In this document: in pieces, positions 1-10,375 of the stretch
How positions within the stretch are numbered: the first letter of the stretch is position 1
Layout: each line of letters opens with the position of its first letter
Source of the DNA: an uncultured Thioalkalispiraceae bacterium
Lineage (GTDB): Bacteria > Pseudomonadota > Gammaproteobacteria > UBA6429 > Thiohalophilaceae
NCBI GenBank assembly: GCA_964472525.1
Contig: CAYYLL010000033.1
Coordinates: 1 to 35,286 of the forward strand
DNA length: 35,286 nucleotides
Reading direction: 5' to 3'
Notes under the pieces: generated by a model
What the model was told of the DNA's origin: nothing
The model's database searches: none
Seen by the model: only the letters and a program-made list of their open reading frames with translations
Position numbers and translations under genes: made by a program

Positions 1-37
1 CATCGTCATCAATAACAAGAATTTTCTTTTGAATCAT
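1..37 (-). CDS. 5' end (12 codons) of a response-regulator gene running out of the window (MIQKKILVIDDD..., receiver-domain N-terminus; plausibly FlrA/FleQ-type flagellar master regulator)
   Basis: Reverse complement of 1-37 reads ATG ATT CAA AAG AAA ATT CTT GTT ATT GAT GAC GAT, the canonical KILVIDDD receiver start; position matches where flrA/fleQ sits next to fliS/fliT in polar-flagellar loci. Confidence 0.4.
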   Translation of the reverse strand, partial: MIQKKILVIDDD

Positions 38-245
38 GTATTGCCCATACCTTTAATATATGTACTTCATTTTTTTGTCCGTTATTAAGCTATTGATAAT
101 GAGTTCTTACTAAGGGTAGAAAGATATTCACCGAAAGTCAAAATTTTGTCGCTATTAATTTCAGATTCAGTAAATTATTGATATTGCTAGTCGCTTTACC
201 ACTCATCCAATATTACCGATTTCAAATATTGGAAAGTATCAATCT

Positions 246-821
246 TTAATTTTTTTGTTGTTGAATACTGCGACGATGTAACTGAAAGACCCATTTTACA
301 AAATGTTCATCACTCACCATATCGACAGGTAAAAACTGCGCCTTAATGATAGAACCGTTCACTTCGGTCACTTCTGCTATCCTTTTTATCGGCCATGGAA
401 GTTGGCTTGATGGGTAAAAGTCAAAGTATAATTTCTGAGACTTTTCAATATTGGCTATTTTGCTGTTTGAAAAAGGTTTATCTAAAAACGCCTTGCTATC
501 CCATTCAACGGCCAAGGCACTGAGTTTTATTTGATATTCACCAACAACGGGATGTTGCGTCGCTAATAAAAAACGCAGTAAATGCAAAATGGTTGTTAGT
601 TTATGTTCTAAGGCTTTATATTGACTGCTTTTATCACGTATTTCATTATTGTCGGATGTTGTAAAAGCATTCGCAATATCAAAAGCCAGTTGATTATGCT
701 GACTGATGGTGTTTTCTATTTCAGCTACCATCGTTTCACTAACGATAGAAACGTTAAAAGGGAGGGTCGTTTCAACCACCACTCCCGGCTGCGGGTTTAC
801 TTTATCGTTTATATTCGGCAT
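246..821 (-). CDS. hypothetical protein of the flagellar locus (191 aa), function not recognisable
   Basis: Long ORF co-oriented with fliS/fliT, no recognisable motif by eye. Confidence 0.5.
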   Translation of the reverse strand: MPNINDKVNPQPGVVVETTLPFNVSIVSETMVAEIENTISQHNQLAFDIANAFTTSDNNEIRDKSSQYKALEHKLTTILHLLRFLLATQHPVVGEYQIKLSALAVEWDSKAFLDKPFSNSKIANIEKSQKLYFDFYPSSQLPWPIKRIAEVTEVNGSIIKAQFLPVDMVSDEHFVKWVFQLHRRSIQQQKN

Positions 822-893
822 ACAAGAAGATTAGCAAGGCTGTTACCGCCCTGTCCAGTCATCATCACTAACGAGTAAATATTTCCGTATCCG

Positions 894-1223
894 CTAGTGT
901 TGATGAGAGTGGTAAGCAATAGCCGCTTTATGGCGCGATTTGTTTTCTTTTAAACTGTGCAGTTCCTTAGCGCGTGCTTCTTCACAAAGATAAAGGCTTT
1001 CGCTGTCAATAAGTAAAACTTGTTCAAGTATATCGGCAATTTCAGCTAAAGCATCGGGCATATCTGGATGATTAAATAAAGCATCCATTACATTTTGCCG
1101 CTGCTCCTCAAGTTCTGTACACGTATTCCAATCCTGTTTGTAACTCATGTCACGCATATGCTGGCTTAAATGCAAAATCTTTTTCGCATATTGTGTTGGC
1201 GATAAACGATACATTGTCATCAT
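894..1223 (-). CDS. fliT: FliT-like flagellar export chaperone (109 aa, helical, acidic)
   Basis: Size, helical/acidic composition and position immediately downstream of fliS. Confidence 0.45.
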   Translation of the reverse strand: MMTMYRLSPTQYAKKILHLSQHMRDMSYKQDWNTCTELEEQRQNVMDALFNHPDMPDALAEIADILEQVLLIDSESLYLCEEARAKELHSLKENKSRHKAAIAYHSHQH

Positions 1224-1229
1224 AATATT

Positions 1230-1676
1230 TTAGTTGCTTATTTTTTCCGAGCTTGTTTTTTCTGGACTTATTTTCCCGGCATCAACTTTTTCTGGTAACT
1301 CATCCCAAGCATCTTTGACTGAACGCACTAACGATGTCACTTCGTCTAAAAGATCCGGGTTGTTTTCTATATTCGCTCTTGCAAGACGACGAGTCATATA
1401 ATCGTAGAGATCATCCAAATTTTGGGCAATTTCGCCACCCGCATCAACATTTAAACTTGCTCGTAAACCATCAATAATAGAAATAGCCCAACTGATATTA
1501 CCGCCTTTTTGCGGAATATCATTACGCTCCATATGCCCTTTTGCGATGGCAATTTTTTCAAGCGCACCATTCATTAACATTTGAATTAACATGTGAGGAT
1601 CGGCTGATTCAACGCTGCTCGATACACCGACACGATTATATTGCTCTACCGCACTGTGCAATTTAACCATATTCAT
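1230..1676 (-). CDS. fliS: flagellar export chaperone FliS
   Basis: 148-aa product with FliS-like four-helix core, directly downstream of fliD. Confidence 0.8.
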   Translation of the reverse strand: MNMVKLHSAVEQYNRVGVSSSVESADPHMLIQMLMNGALEKIAIAKGHMERNDIPQKGGNISWAISIIDGLRASLNVDAGGEIAQNLDDLYDYMTRRLARANIENNPDLLDEVTSLVRSVKDAWDELPEKVDAGKISPEKTSSEKISN

Positions 1677-1715
1677 AACTTACTACCTCCTAATAAAAAC
1701 AAGGCTTATCCTTGT

Positions 1716-3752
1716 TTATTTTGATTGACTACGCGCGCCTGGCAAGGCTGCCAATTGTCGCGATAAATATTCACCCGTTGAACGCATCTTACCCACTAGA
1801 GCGTCCAAATTTGAAAAAGTTTTAAGATGCCGTTTTTCAGATTTTGCAAGTTTTTCGGCCAGTTTATCTCGATCATCACTAATATTTTTCAGGCTCTCGG
1901 TGAAGCCTTTTCCCCGACCCTGCAAGACACCACCGGGTTCTAAAAAATTCGTTAATAACTTATCCAGTTTTTCGGCAACCCCTTTCGAATAGCTTACCGA
2001 ACCACGCAAACCAACAGCACCACCGACTACATCAACTTGCAAGCCATTCGCAATCCCCTGCCCCTGTAAAGTACGACCGGTACCAATCGCAGCATTGGTA
2101 CCGATGCTACCTTGCACATCTGAACCGGCTAGCCCTTGTTTAACGGTTAACCCGGTTGCAGCTATTAATTGTTCCGGAATTTTTAGTATTTCAACATTAG
2201 ATGCACTACCAAAACGTTGAGAGGTAAGGACTAAATGATTGCTCTCGACACTGATGTTAACGACAGCCTCTTTTGACGATAATTTAGGATCACCATTAAT
2301 TTTACTTTGTAACTCTGATGCCAGATTTTCTAATGAGCTATACGTTTTACTGTCGAGTGTAATAACGGATGATTGGGTATTATCAACTTTCACTGTCAAA
2401 GTGTTTGCATCATCGGGAATAACAAGGTTACTGGTTGCTACATCAAGACCGTTATAATGCCCCTGAGTTGCTAATGCATCGATAAAAACGGGATAATCGC
2501 CAACCTTGGTTGTGTCCGTTGCACCTAGATAGCGTATTAACAAATCACTCGTAGAACCGGTACGTGAAAATAACTGAGCAACTTCATTAATATTAGTGTC
2601 AATCGCTGTCTGAACTTTATTAGCATCAATGGTGAGTTCACCACTGCGCTGTGTATCAATACCTAATGACGCGAGTGAAACATATTCTGAATTCACTGCC
2701 GAAAAGTCTGTGCCTAATACACGGCGTAATTGCGATAATGCACCGCGAACAGATGAATCACTCGCTAACGGCCCCGCTTCCTGTGTTTCCGGATCGTAAC
2801 TGGTCAAGTCATTACTGTGCTTAATAAAGGTATTATATTGATCAACAAAGCTCTGTATTGAGGTCAATACTTGCGCTTTGTCATGAAAAATTCTAAGTCC
2901 CACTGTCTGGCCAACCGACTCAGGTGTTAAATTAAGGGTAACGCCACTAATAACATCATCAATCGAATTTTTAGGTGATTCAATCTCAACACCATCAATT
3001 TTAATAATGGCATTTAAACCTGCGGATGTTTGTTTTAAGTTCTGACCTTGATTATTTAACTTTCCCGGTTCATACGATAAGGTTGATAAACCAAACAAGT
3101 CAGTATCAATCTTATCATTATCATTTATCTTTAAACGCATACTGTTAGTTGCACCGGGAAGCTCACTGGATAAAATTAATCTAAACCCTTTGCCTATGCG
3201 TAGAACAGACGCTTTTACGCCAGCATCCGCATCATTAATTGCACGTTGTATTCCGCGCAGTGAATTATTTTCGTTCGTGATAAAAACATTTTTAACGGGG
3301 CGTTCAGGGTTAACAATAAATTCACCGGTCGTCTTATCCAATTCACCAAACTGAATACTAATAGAACCACTTCCAATCGCTTCTAAATCAGAGGCAAACG
3401 TTCCAGAAACAAGTCGGTGTTGTTGTGCTAAGCGGTCCACGTCAATGTCGTAGTTTGCCGGTTCAGGATCACCTGAAATAGAGGCGTTCAGAACCTCTTC
3501 ATCTGATAAACTTAAGCTCATTTTAGTAAATGACTGAGGTTCTTTAAGCGGTGCAAGTGATAACTGGAACTCATTTAATGCCCCCTGAAAAACGCCTAAG
3601 GCCGTCAAGCTACTTTGTATTTTTGCTTCTTTACGATCGAGTTTTTTAGTGACAGGATTGCCTTCTGCCGCCACCAGTTTTTCAACCAGTCCCTGTACAT
3701 CAATACCTGAACCAACGCCCAAGGATGTTATGGTTGGCATGTTTGACCTCAT
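1716..3752 (-). CDS. fliD: flagellar filament cap protein FliD (hook-associated protein 2)
   Basis: 678 aa, N-terminal MPTITSLGVGSGIDVQGLVEKLVAAE and C-terminal conserved coiled-coil typical of FliD. Confidence 0.9.
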   Translation of the reverse strand: MRSNMPTITSLGVGSGIDVQGLVEKLVAAEGNPVTKKLDRKEAKIQSSLTALGVFQGALNEFQLSLAPLKEPQSFTKMSLSLSDEEVLNASISGDPEPANYDIDVDRLAQQHRLVSGTFASDLEAIGSGSISIQFGELDKTTGEFIVNPERPVKNVFITNENNSLRGIQRAINDADAGVKASVLRIGKGFRLILSSELPGATNSMRLKINDNDKIDTDLFGLSTLSYEPGKLNNQGQNLKQTSAGLNAIIKIDGVEIESPKNSIDDVISGVTLNLTPESVGQTVGLRIFHDKAQVLTSIQSFVDQYNTFIKHSNDLTSYDPETQEAGPLASDSSVRGALSQLRRVLGTDFSAVNSEYVSLASLGIDTQRSGELTIDANKVQTAIDTNINEVAQLFSRTGSTSDLLIRYLGATDTTKVGDYPVFIDALATQGHYNGLDVATSNLVIPDDANTLTVKVDNTQSSVITLDSKTYSSLENLASELQSKINGDPKLSSKEAVVNISVESNHLVLTSQRFGSASNVEILKIPEQLIAATGLTVKQGLAGSDVQGSIGTNAAIGTGRTLQGQGIANGLQVDVVGGAVGLRGSVSYSKGVAEKLDKLLTNFLEPGGVLQGRGKGFTESLKNISDDRDKLAEKLAKSEKRHLKTFSNLDALVGKMRSTGEYLSRQLAALPGARSQSK

Positions 3753-3854
3753 TATTTATCTACACAAAGTAACAATTCTTTATAGAACCGATACTTATAC
3801 GATCTATTGTAAATAAAGCAAATACGATGCCAAGCAAGCTCGTGAATAGAAATA

Positions 3855-4271
3855 TTAAGCTTTAAGCTCAATGAGAAAGCCCTTAGCCTCATTGTTTTCG
3901 ATTGAGTCGGCTAAATGATGGGCAATAGCGAGCATTTCTTCTGAAGGGATCTGTCTAACGACTTCCTGAGTATTAGAATCAACCACTTGAACAATCACTC
4001 GTCCGGTTGCATCATCAATATGGAATTTCATATCACGTTGGATACTTTGTACATAATCTTGAAGTTGGCTCACGACGCTCTCCAGTTCATCGCGTGACAT
4101 TTCCACATATTCAGTATGAATCTGTTCAGTATGAATATTAGTAGTGGCAATAGCTTGCCGCCCTTGATCCACCGCATTATCAATAGGCACAGCATTACGG
4201 TTAACAGCAGGTTGAGTACCCGTTGTTTGTACCTGTACAGCTATATCGACTATTGATTGCGTTGCCATCAC
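3855..4271 (-). CDS. flaG: flagellar protein FlaG
   Basis: 138-aa protein between flagellin and fliD as in Vibrio/Pseudomonas loci; FlaG-like C-terminus. Confidence 0.75.
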   Translation of the reverse strand: MMATQSIVDIAVQVQTTGTQPAVNRNAVPIDNAVDQGRQAIATTNIHTEQIHTEYVEMSRDELESVVSQLQDYVQSIQRDMKFHIDDATGRVIVQVVDSNTQEVVRQIPSEEMLAIAHHLADSIENNEAKGFLIELKA

Positions 4272-4340
4272 GTTACCTCATTTATTAGTAAGGAAGGATT
4301 ATACCCTTAGTTTAAGTATAACCCTTCCTGCCAGTAGTGA

Positions 4341-5804
4341 TTACTGTAATAAAGTCAGAACGTTTTGCGGTGCAACATTAGCCTGCGCTAACATGGCTGT
4401 ACCCGCTTGTTGCAGAATCTGCGCACGTGTTAACTCAGCTGTTTCTTTAGCGAAGTCAGTATCACGAATACGAGACCGTGCAGCACTTAAGTTTTCAGCG
4501 TTAGTCTGCAAGTTGGAAATGGTTGAACCAAACCGGCTTTGAATCGCACCGAATCTTGCCCGTTGTCCATTCACGGTTGCTAATGCAGCATCCACAATAG
4601 CTAAGGCTTCGTTAGCGCCTTTTACCGAACTTACATCCAGTTGTGCGACACCCATTAAGTCCGAAGCTTCCTGCGAATCGCTAATAGTTCCACCGGCTGT
4701 ACCAATAACACCAAAAGATTTATCAGAATCGAATGTTACCTGACCGGTCACAACGGCTGTTTCTATCGCTTGATTAGCCCCCAGAACGGTACCACCAACA
4801 GCAGTACCATCAGCAGCCGTGGATCCACCTACGGTCACATTACCGGCATTAGAATTAACGGTGTCCGTTAAGTTAATGTTATTACCCGTAGCATTAAGAA
4901 GGACAATACCTTGGCCATCTTCACTAATACGGGCAGTTACACCGGTTCGATGAGCCACGTCATTAAATGCGGTTACCGCACTCGATAACCCGCTATTTCC
5001 TTCGGTTCCTTGTAAACTAAATGAAATAGATTGTGTATCTTCATTATCGGCTTGAATACTCAAACTATAAGAACCAGCCTGGTCAAACTTCACATTCACT
5101 TCAGTACGTGCAAACGCTTTTACACCGGTAAGGCTTGATTTAGCGGTCACTTGTTCCGCGGTATCTTTAGCACTATCGCCTGCTTCAACATTAAAAGTCA
5201 GGCTACCTAAAGAACCATTAACAATAAGCGCGTTATCCTGCATATTTCTTGATTGTGGATTCGCTGATGTTTCCTGACCAGTCACACGATAATTACCGTA
5301 TTGATTGGTTCGGAAGTTATTCGTTGTTGCCTGAATAGTTTGGTTAGCATTCGCACCTACCTGGAAGATGGCTGTACCAAACGTACCATCCAGAATTTTT
5401 TGTCCATTAAATTCAGTATTGGTGGCAATACGATCCATTTCTGAAACAAGTTGACCTACTTCAGATTGCAACGCCTGTCTATCCGATGACGAGTTTGTTG
5501 CATTTGCAGACTGAACCGATAATTCACGGATCCGTTGCAAGATATTACCACCTTCGGCTAATGCACCTTCAGCAGTTTGTGATAATGAAATACCATCGTT
5601 GGCATTTCGTACGGCCTGATTCAAGCCATTAATTTGAGAAGTAAATCGTTCGGAAATCGCTAAACCTGCTGCATCATCCTTTGCGCTGTTAATACGCAAA
5701 CCAGAAGACAACCTTTGCAATGATGTTTGTAATGCTGCCTGAGAAGCATTCAAATTACGCTGCGAATTTAGCGACATGATATTGGTATTAATAACTTGTG
5801 GCAT
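4341..5804 (-). CDS. fliC: flagellin
   Basis: N-terminus [50 protein letters not shown] and C-terminus ...[16 protein letters not shown] are textbook flagellin D0/D1; strong SD (AGGAGAG) upstream. Confidence 0.95.
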   Translation of the reverse strand: MPQVINTNIMSLNSQRNLNASQAALQTSLQRLSSGLRINSAKDDAAGLAISERFTSQINGLNQAVRNANDGISLSQTAEGALAEGGNILQRIRELSVQSANATNSSSDRQALQSEVGQLVSEMDRIATNTEFNGQKILDGTFGTAIFQVGANANQTIQATTNNFRTNQYGNYRVTGQETSANPQSRNMQDNALIVNGSLGSLTFNVEAGDSAKDTAEQVTAKSSLTGVKAFARTEVNVKFDQAGSYSLSIQADNEDTQSISFSLQGTEGNSGLSSAVTAFNDVAHRTGVTARISEDGQGIVLLNATGNNINLTDTVNSNAGNVTVGGSTAADGTAVGGTVLGANQAIETAVVTGQVTFDSDKSFGVIGTAGGTISDSQEASDLMGVAQLDVSSVKGANEALAIVDAALATVNGQRARFGAIQSRFGSTISNLQTNAENLSAARSRIRDTDFAKETAELTRAQILQQAGTAMLAQANVAPQNVLTLLQ

Positions 5805-6016
5805 GACGCGCTCTCCTAAATGTTTCCTTCACCACGCAATAATGTTGCGGCTAAGGGATATTCAAATAGCGATGCTGGTAATTTGTTAACTACCATATCG
5901 CTTCCGTGATACCTAGCGTCCGGGATTTCAGTATCTTTAGGGTAAAAAACAAAAAAAGTGAAAATAAATCAGGAGAAATAAAAATGTAGGGGAGTTATTG
6001 TAAGATACTGTTTTTA

Positions 6017-7237
6017 TTATATATAATCAAACATTGATAGACCTTGCACACGGGTAAATGCCTTTTGTGATGCCTGTAAACCGGTTAATTTCAAATTTAA
6101 TTCACTCACTGCCTTGGCATAATCAAGGTCTTCGATGCCAGATAATATTTCTTTAATTTGCAAATTATAGTCTTCATTAATCGATTGCTGTGCATCTAAT
6201 GCTTTTAAACGTGCCCCGGTATTAGAACGAATTTCCAATACACGGCCTAATGAATTATCAACACCTAAAAGAGTACGATTTATTTCATTATGAAGCTCGG
6301 CATTTTGACTGGGATTACCACGAGGTCGCTGTAAGGCTTCAACAAAATTATTCAGAGTTGTAAAAACATCCTGATTCTCACTCGGACGTATCACAAAAAA
6401 GTCGTTTGTATCCGGTTCTCCTTCAATAGAAACCCGCACGCCATTAAATTCAATATTGGCGCCTTCAACATAAACCGTACCCGCAGGAATAACTTCCTGA
6501 TTATTGGCGTCCATCACTTTATAAGTAGTCGGCTCATTGGGATCAATCGATTCTTTCTTGTCAAAAACAATGGCATAAGTCCCCCCATCATAATGGCCGG
6601 TTACGCTACCGGGATCAATAATGGCAGAACCTGTATTGGTTTTATTTTCAAAGCCAGTAAACTCACTATTACCATCTTTAATCGTACGAAAAACAAAATT
6701 ACCTGAATCACTGGTTGCAATGGTACGTTTAGGGCCTATTTGTAAATTACGTTGAGTATCGTCACCCTGATATTCGTATTCACCCTTTGCATTATTAACA
6801 AAAGGTCTGAAATTTGTTTTTGATCCAGAAAATAAATAATCGCCGGAACCATCGGTTGAGTTCGCCATATCCAGCATTTCTTTAAGTAATTGTGAGACTT
6901 CTTCAGCTATAAAACTTCGAGTCTCGTTTGTTTGTGAGGCGTTGTTCGAAGCAACCGCTAACTCACGTATACGTTGTAAAATATCCGTGGCATTACCCAT
7001 AATAGATTCTTCTACGGTTAAGCGTGCGCGTGCCGCATCAATATTTTTCTGATATTGGCCATTCGTTTGTAATATATTTTTTAAATCTACTATTCTGGCC
7101 GCACCAATCGGATCTTCTGATGGCTTAAATATTCTTTTACCCGTTGCAATTTGCTTTTGTACTTTCGATAATTTCTCCTGCTGTTCCAGCATCGCGTTAA
7201 TGGCAACGTCTTGAGTTTGACTAGTAGATACTCTCAT
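6017..7237 (-). CDS. flgL: flagellar hook-associated protein 3 FlgL
   Basis: 406 aa, flagellin-like conserved termini, follows flgK. Confidence 0.85.
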   Translation of the reverse strand: MRVSTSQTQDVAINAMLEQQEKLSKVQKQIATGKRIFKPSEDPIGAARIVDLKNILQTNGQYQKNIDAARARLTVEESIMGNATDILQRIRELAVASNNASQTNETRSFIAEEVSQLLKEMLDMANSTDGSGDYLFSGSKTNFRPFVNNAKGEYEYQGDDTQRNLQIGPKRTIATSDSGNFVFRTIKDGNSEFTGFENKTNTGSAIIDPGSVTGHYDGGTYAIVFDKKESIDPNEPTTYKVMDANNQEVIPAGTVYVEGANIEFNGVRVSIEGEPDTNDFFVIRPSENQDVFTTLNNFVEALQRPRGNPSQNAELHNEINRTLLGVDNSLGRVLEIRSNTGARLKALDAQQSINEDYNLQIKEILSGIEDLDYAKAVSELNLKLTGLQASQKAFTRVQGLSMFDYI

Positions 7238-7243
7238 ATTCGA

Positions 7244-9313
7244 TTACCTGAACGTTTGCATTAAAGTGTCAAACAACTGTTTAGCCGTTGCAATAACTTG
7301 GGCATTTGCTTTATAAAGTTGTTGATAGCGAATTAAATCGGCTGCTTCTTCATCCATATTAACGCCAGATATAGACTCACGACGATGATCAGCCTGTTGC
7401 AGTAAGAGTTGTTGGGCTTTGCTACTGGTGTCTAATTCATGTGTTTTACTGCCAACCCGTGAAACAAGCTGAGCATAAATTTGTGTATACGTGCCGGTTT
7501 TGTTTGCCAATAATCGTTCACCTTGCAAACCCGCCAATGAAACCGCATTACTATTATCGCCCCGACCGTCTTTATTGTATTCAATATGAAAAGTATCTCC
7601 TTCTTTTGGATTACCTGTAATTTTGAAGCGCACCTTCATATCTAAACCATCCGGTGTCGGGAAAACCGAAATACCTTTGTCTGGATCATATTCATGAATA
7701 GATGATACTTGCGGTGCAGAAGCAGGCGACTCAGGACTGACGGCTGTTGCATGTCCTTCTTCGTCGGCTTTAATCACGGGTTCATCTGGGACGGCAGCTA
7801 ATTTTTGGGTAATGGGTTTGCCTTTGTTGTCTAATATTTCATAATGATTATCATCAACAAAACGCACGACTAGCGGCATTTCCAAGTCTTTATTGTTGCC
7901 CTGAAATAATTCAGAATCGGTACTCAGCACTTTAACATCGGTGATTTTAGCATCACCTAAATTAGCCACATCTTCAAATGCCCGAATCGGTGATGAAGCA
8001 GCAATTTTCTTAACATCATTAATTAATACTTTAAACCGCTGTCCGGCTTCAACTGTTGGCCGAATAATATAACTATCCTGATTTTCAATGTGACTACCCG
8101 ATTCTATTTTTAACTTAAACCCCTCATCATTGATTTCAGCAGGCAATGATGAAAACTCGGCAACTAACTTGTCATCTATTAAACGTACAAGCCGATATTT
8201 TCCATCATTAAAAGATAATCTATAATCACTTACGGTAACCTTATCAAGGTTAGTGATTTCAGCCGCTATTTTCAAATCACCTTTATTATTAATACTTCCT
8301 TTAACCTTGGGAGCCGTCACATCCAGTTCTTCAAAAAAATCCTTACCCAGTACATTATTTAAATCCATCCCCAACTTATGTTGCTCATTAAATGTTTTTG
8401 AAATACCAATCGCAATACGACCCAAATCATTTTGCGAAACATCGAGGATGCCGGATTTAAACTCCAACATTCCACCGAGTTCTCCACCGGATAAAAATTT
8501 CGTAATAATGGCATCTGACTTCGGGTTCTTAAACGCAATTTCAATTTCAGAAGCATCGTCCGGGCTTGGAATTACATCCAGTTTTGATGCCTGCCCACCC
8601 ACAACCAGGATCTGACCATTACCAATAAAAACGTTTAAACGACCATCGTCCTGTACCTGCCCTCGTACCGAAACTTTTTCTGATAGTTGTAATAATAATC
8701 GGTCACGTTGATCCAACAGGTCATTGGGTGATGAACCGCCAATTTCCTGCGCACGAACAATCGCTTCATTAACATCCGCAATCGATTGGGCAAAACCATT
8801 AATATCCTCTACGGTATTACGCATATCTTTTTGCACACCACGACGTAAGGACTCAAACCGGTCGTCCAGATATTTAAAACGATCTTCCAGAGAATGAGCC
8901 TCACTGATCATCACCTGACGGGCCGAAACAGAAGCAGGATTATCCGCCACACCGTTCATCGCAGAAAAGAAATTTTGAATCGCAGGCGCAAGCCCTGAAT
9001 CAGGATCAGACAACATCGTATCAACCTGACTGGTAAAGTCATATTGGGTATCGAGTGCTTTACTCACGGAGGCAACGTTGCGTAATTCTTCGGTTACAAA
9101 ATCATTATAAACACGCGCGACATTATCAACAATAACACCGGTACCCACTGCCCCATTACCACTAGGCTGTGGTGCGCGGGCAACAAGGTCGGTACGCTGT
9201 CGTGAATAACCTTTGGTTGCACCATTAGCAATATTATGACTTGTTGTAGACAATGCACGCTGCGCAGCAAGTGCGCCCGATGTGCTAATGCCTAAAACGT
9301 CACCAGAACCCAT
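7244..9313 (-). CDS. flgK: flagellar hook-associated protein 1 FlgK
   Basis: 689 aa, N-terminal rod/hook family motif (ISTSGALAAQRALSTTSHNIANGATKGYSRQ), gene order flgJ-flgK-flgL. Confidence 0.9.
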   Translation of the reverse strand: MGSGDVLGISTSGALAAQRALSTTSHNIANGATKGYSRQRTDLVARAPQPSGNGAVGTGVIVDNVARVYNDFVTEELRNVASVSKALDTQYDFTSQVDTMLSDPDSGLAPAIQNFFSAMNGVADNPASVSARQVMISEAHSLEDRFKYLDDRFESLRRGVQKDMRNTVEDINGFAQSIADVNEAIVRAQEIGGSSPNDLLDQRDRLLLQLSEKVSVRGQVQDDGRLNVFIGNGQILVVGGQASKLDVIPSPDDASEIEIAFKNPKSDAIITKFLSGGELGGMLEFKSGILDVSQNDLGRIAIGISKTFNEQHKLGMDLNNVLGKDFFEELDVTAPKVKGSINNKGDLKIAAEITNLDKVTVSDYRLSFNDGKYRLVRLIDDKLVAEFSSLPAEINDEGFKLKIESGSHIENQDSYIIRPTVEAGQRFKVLINDVKKIAASSPIRAFEDVANLGDAKITDVKVLSTDSELFQGNNKDLEMPLVVRFVDDNHYEILDNKGKPITQKLAAVPDEPVIKADEEGHATAVSPESPASAPQVSSIHEYDPDKGISVFPTPDGLDMKVRFKITGNPKEGDTFHIEYNKDGRGDNSNAVSLAGLQGERLLANKTGTYTQIYAQLVSRVGSKTHELDTSSKAQQLLLQQADHRRESISGVNMDEEAADLIRYQQLYKANAQVIATAKQLFDTLMQTFR

Positions 9314-9321
9314 TTATTCAC

Positions 9322-10227
9322 CTATACAAAGTTATCAGTATTCATTTCATCTTCAGAAACGAATGACTGCATTACATTTTTAATTTTGTCAGCATAACGT
9401 GGGTCGGTTGCATAACCGGCTCGTTGAATACTGTCTATATATTGGAGTGAATCAGAATTTTCGTTAAGTGCCTCTTTATATCTTGGATTATTCTTAATAA
9501 AATTTACATAGTCATCAAAACTTTCCTGATAAGAATGATAGGAGCGAAATGCAGCCGTTTCTGTTTTTGCAACACCATGGTCTATTTCAATAGTCTGTTT
9601 TATATACTTATTACCGTCATAGCCTTGCTGAGCTTTTATATTAAATAGATTGTAACTGGACTTGCCATTTGGTAATTTCCCAATGGCTTTACCCCAACCG
9701 GTTTCTAATGCCGCCTGAGCAATCAATACATTTGCATCAACGCCCAGTTTTTCTGCTGCCACGTCTGCATAAGGTCTGAGTGTTTGTACAAACTGTTCAG
9801 AATTTATAAAGACAGTACTGTCTCTGTTTAAAATAAAAGGATCACTAACATGTTTTGAAAGGTTATTTACCGTACCAATGCTTTCCTTTTTGTCTGATAT
9901 AGATTTATCTGGTATAGACTTTTCTGGCATATACTTTTGCATTTGTTTCACTAAGGCATCGGCTAATCCAATACCTTTTCCGCTGCTCATATTCAATGCA
10001 ATTTGTTTATCAAACATTTCCTGATACATTTCACTTTGATTACTATCAAATAAGGGATCTTTAAAATTTGCCTTACGCATGCTTTTTAGCATCATGTTAA
10101 TAAAAATACTTTCAAATTGATGTGCAACTTTTTCTAAAGATTGATTCGGAGATTGCTTGGCATCCAATCGCATTTCTGCAAATTGAGAAAAATCGGTATA
10201 TGCTCTATTTACCGCTGCATCCAACAT
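9322..10227 (-). CDS. flgJ: flagellar rod assembly protein/peptidoglycan hydrolase FlgJ
   Basis: 301 aa; N-terminal FlgJ rod-binding domain, C-terminal glucosaminidase (LIAQAALETGWGK). Confidence 0.85.
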   Translation of the reverse strand: MLDAAVNRAYTDFSQFAEMRLDAKQSPNQSLEKVAHQFESIFINMMLKSMRKANFKDPLFDSNQSEMYQEMFDKQIALNMSSGKGIGLADALVKQMQKYMPEKSIPDKSISDKKESIGTVNNLSKHVSDPFILNRDSTVFINSEQFVQTLRPYADVAAEKLGVDANVLIAQAALETGWGKAIGKLPNGKSSYNLFNIKAQQGYDGNKYIKQTIEIDHGVAKTETAAFRSYHSYQESFDDYVNFIKNNPRYKEALNENSDSLQYIDSIQRAGYATDPRYADKIKNVMQSFVSEDEMNTDNFV

Positions 10228-10375
10228 CGTGATTACCTGATAGAAAGTATTAAGATAAAACTATGCAGAAAGCATGCCGTAAATTTTTTATTTTAAATTC
10301 AATGGGATACATACTATTTACGGCAACTAATTGCCGTTTTATTGTTAACCACAGAGGATGTGGTTAACGAACAGA

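Noticed and set aside
621-878. Antisense/overlapping ORFs inside well-supported genes (621-878+, 2239-2457+, 8253-8615+, 8359-8556-, 11939-12361+, 12665-12889-, 14561-14809+, 16430-16774-, 17492-17770+, 19563-19769-, 19946-20134-, 20127-20327-, 20367-20681-, 22583-22816+, 27013-27405+, 28885-29088+, 34138-34524-, 34525-34710-)
   Set aside because: Each overlaps a longer ORF with clear homology or context on the other strand or frame; low-complexity translations; no SD; treated as spurious.
5805-6016. sigma28 or sigma54 promoter upstream of flagellin
   Set aside because: Best candidates (TAAAGATA-N11-GACGCTAG; GCGATATGG) match consensus in only 4-5 of 8 positions; not convincing by eye.
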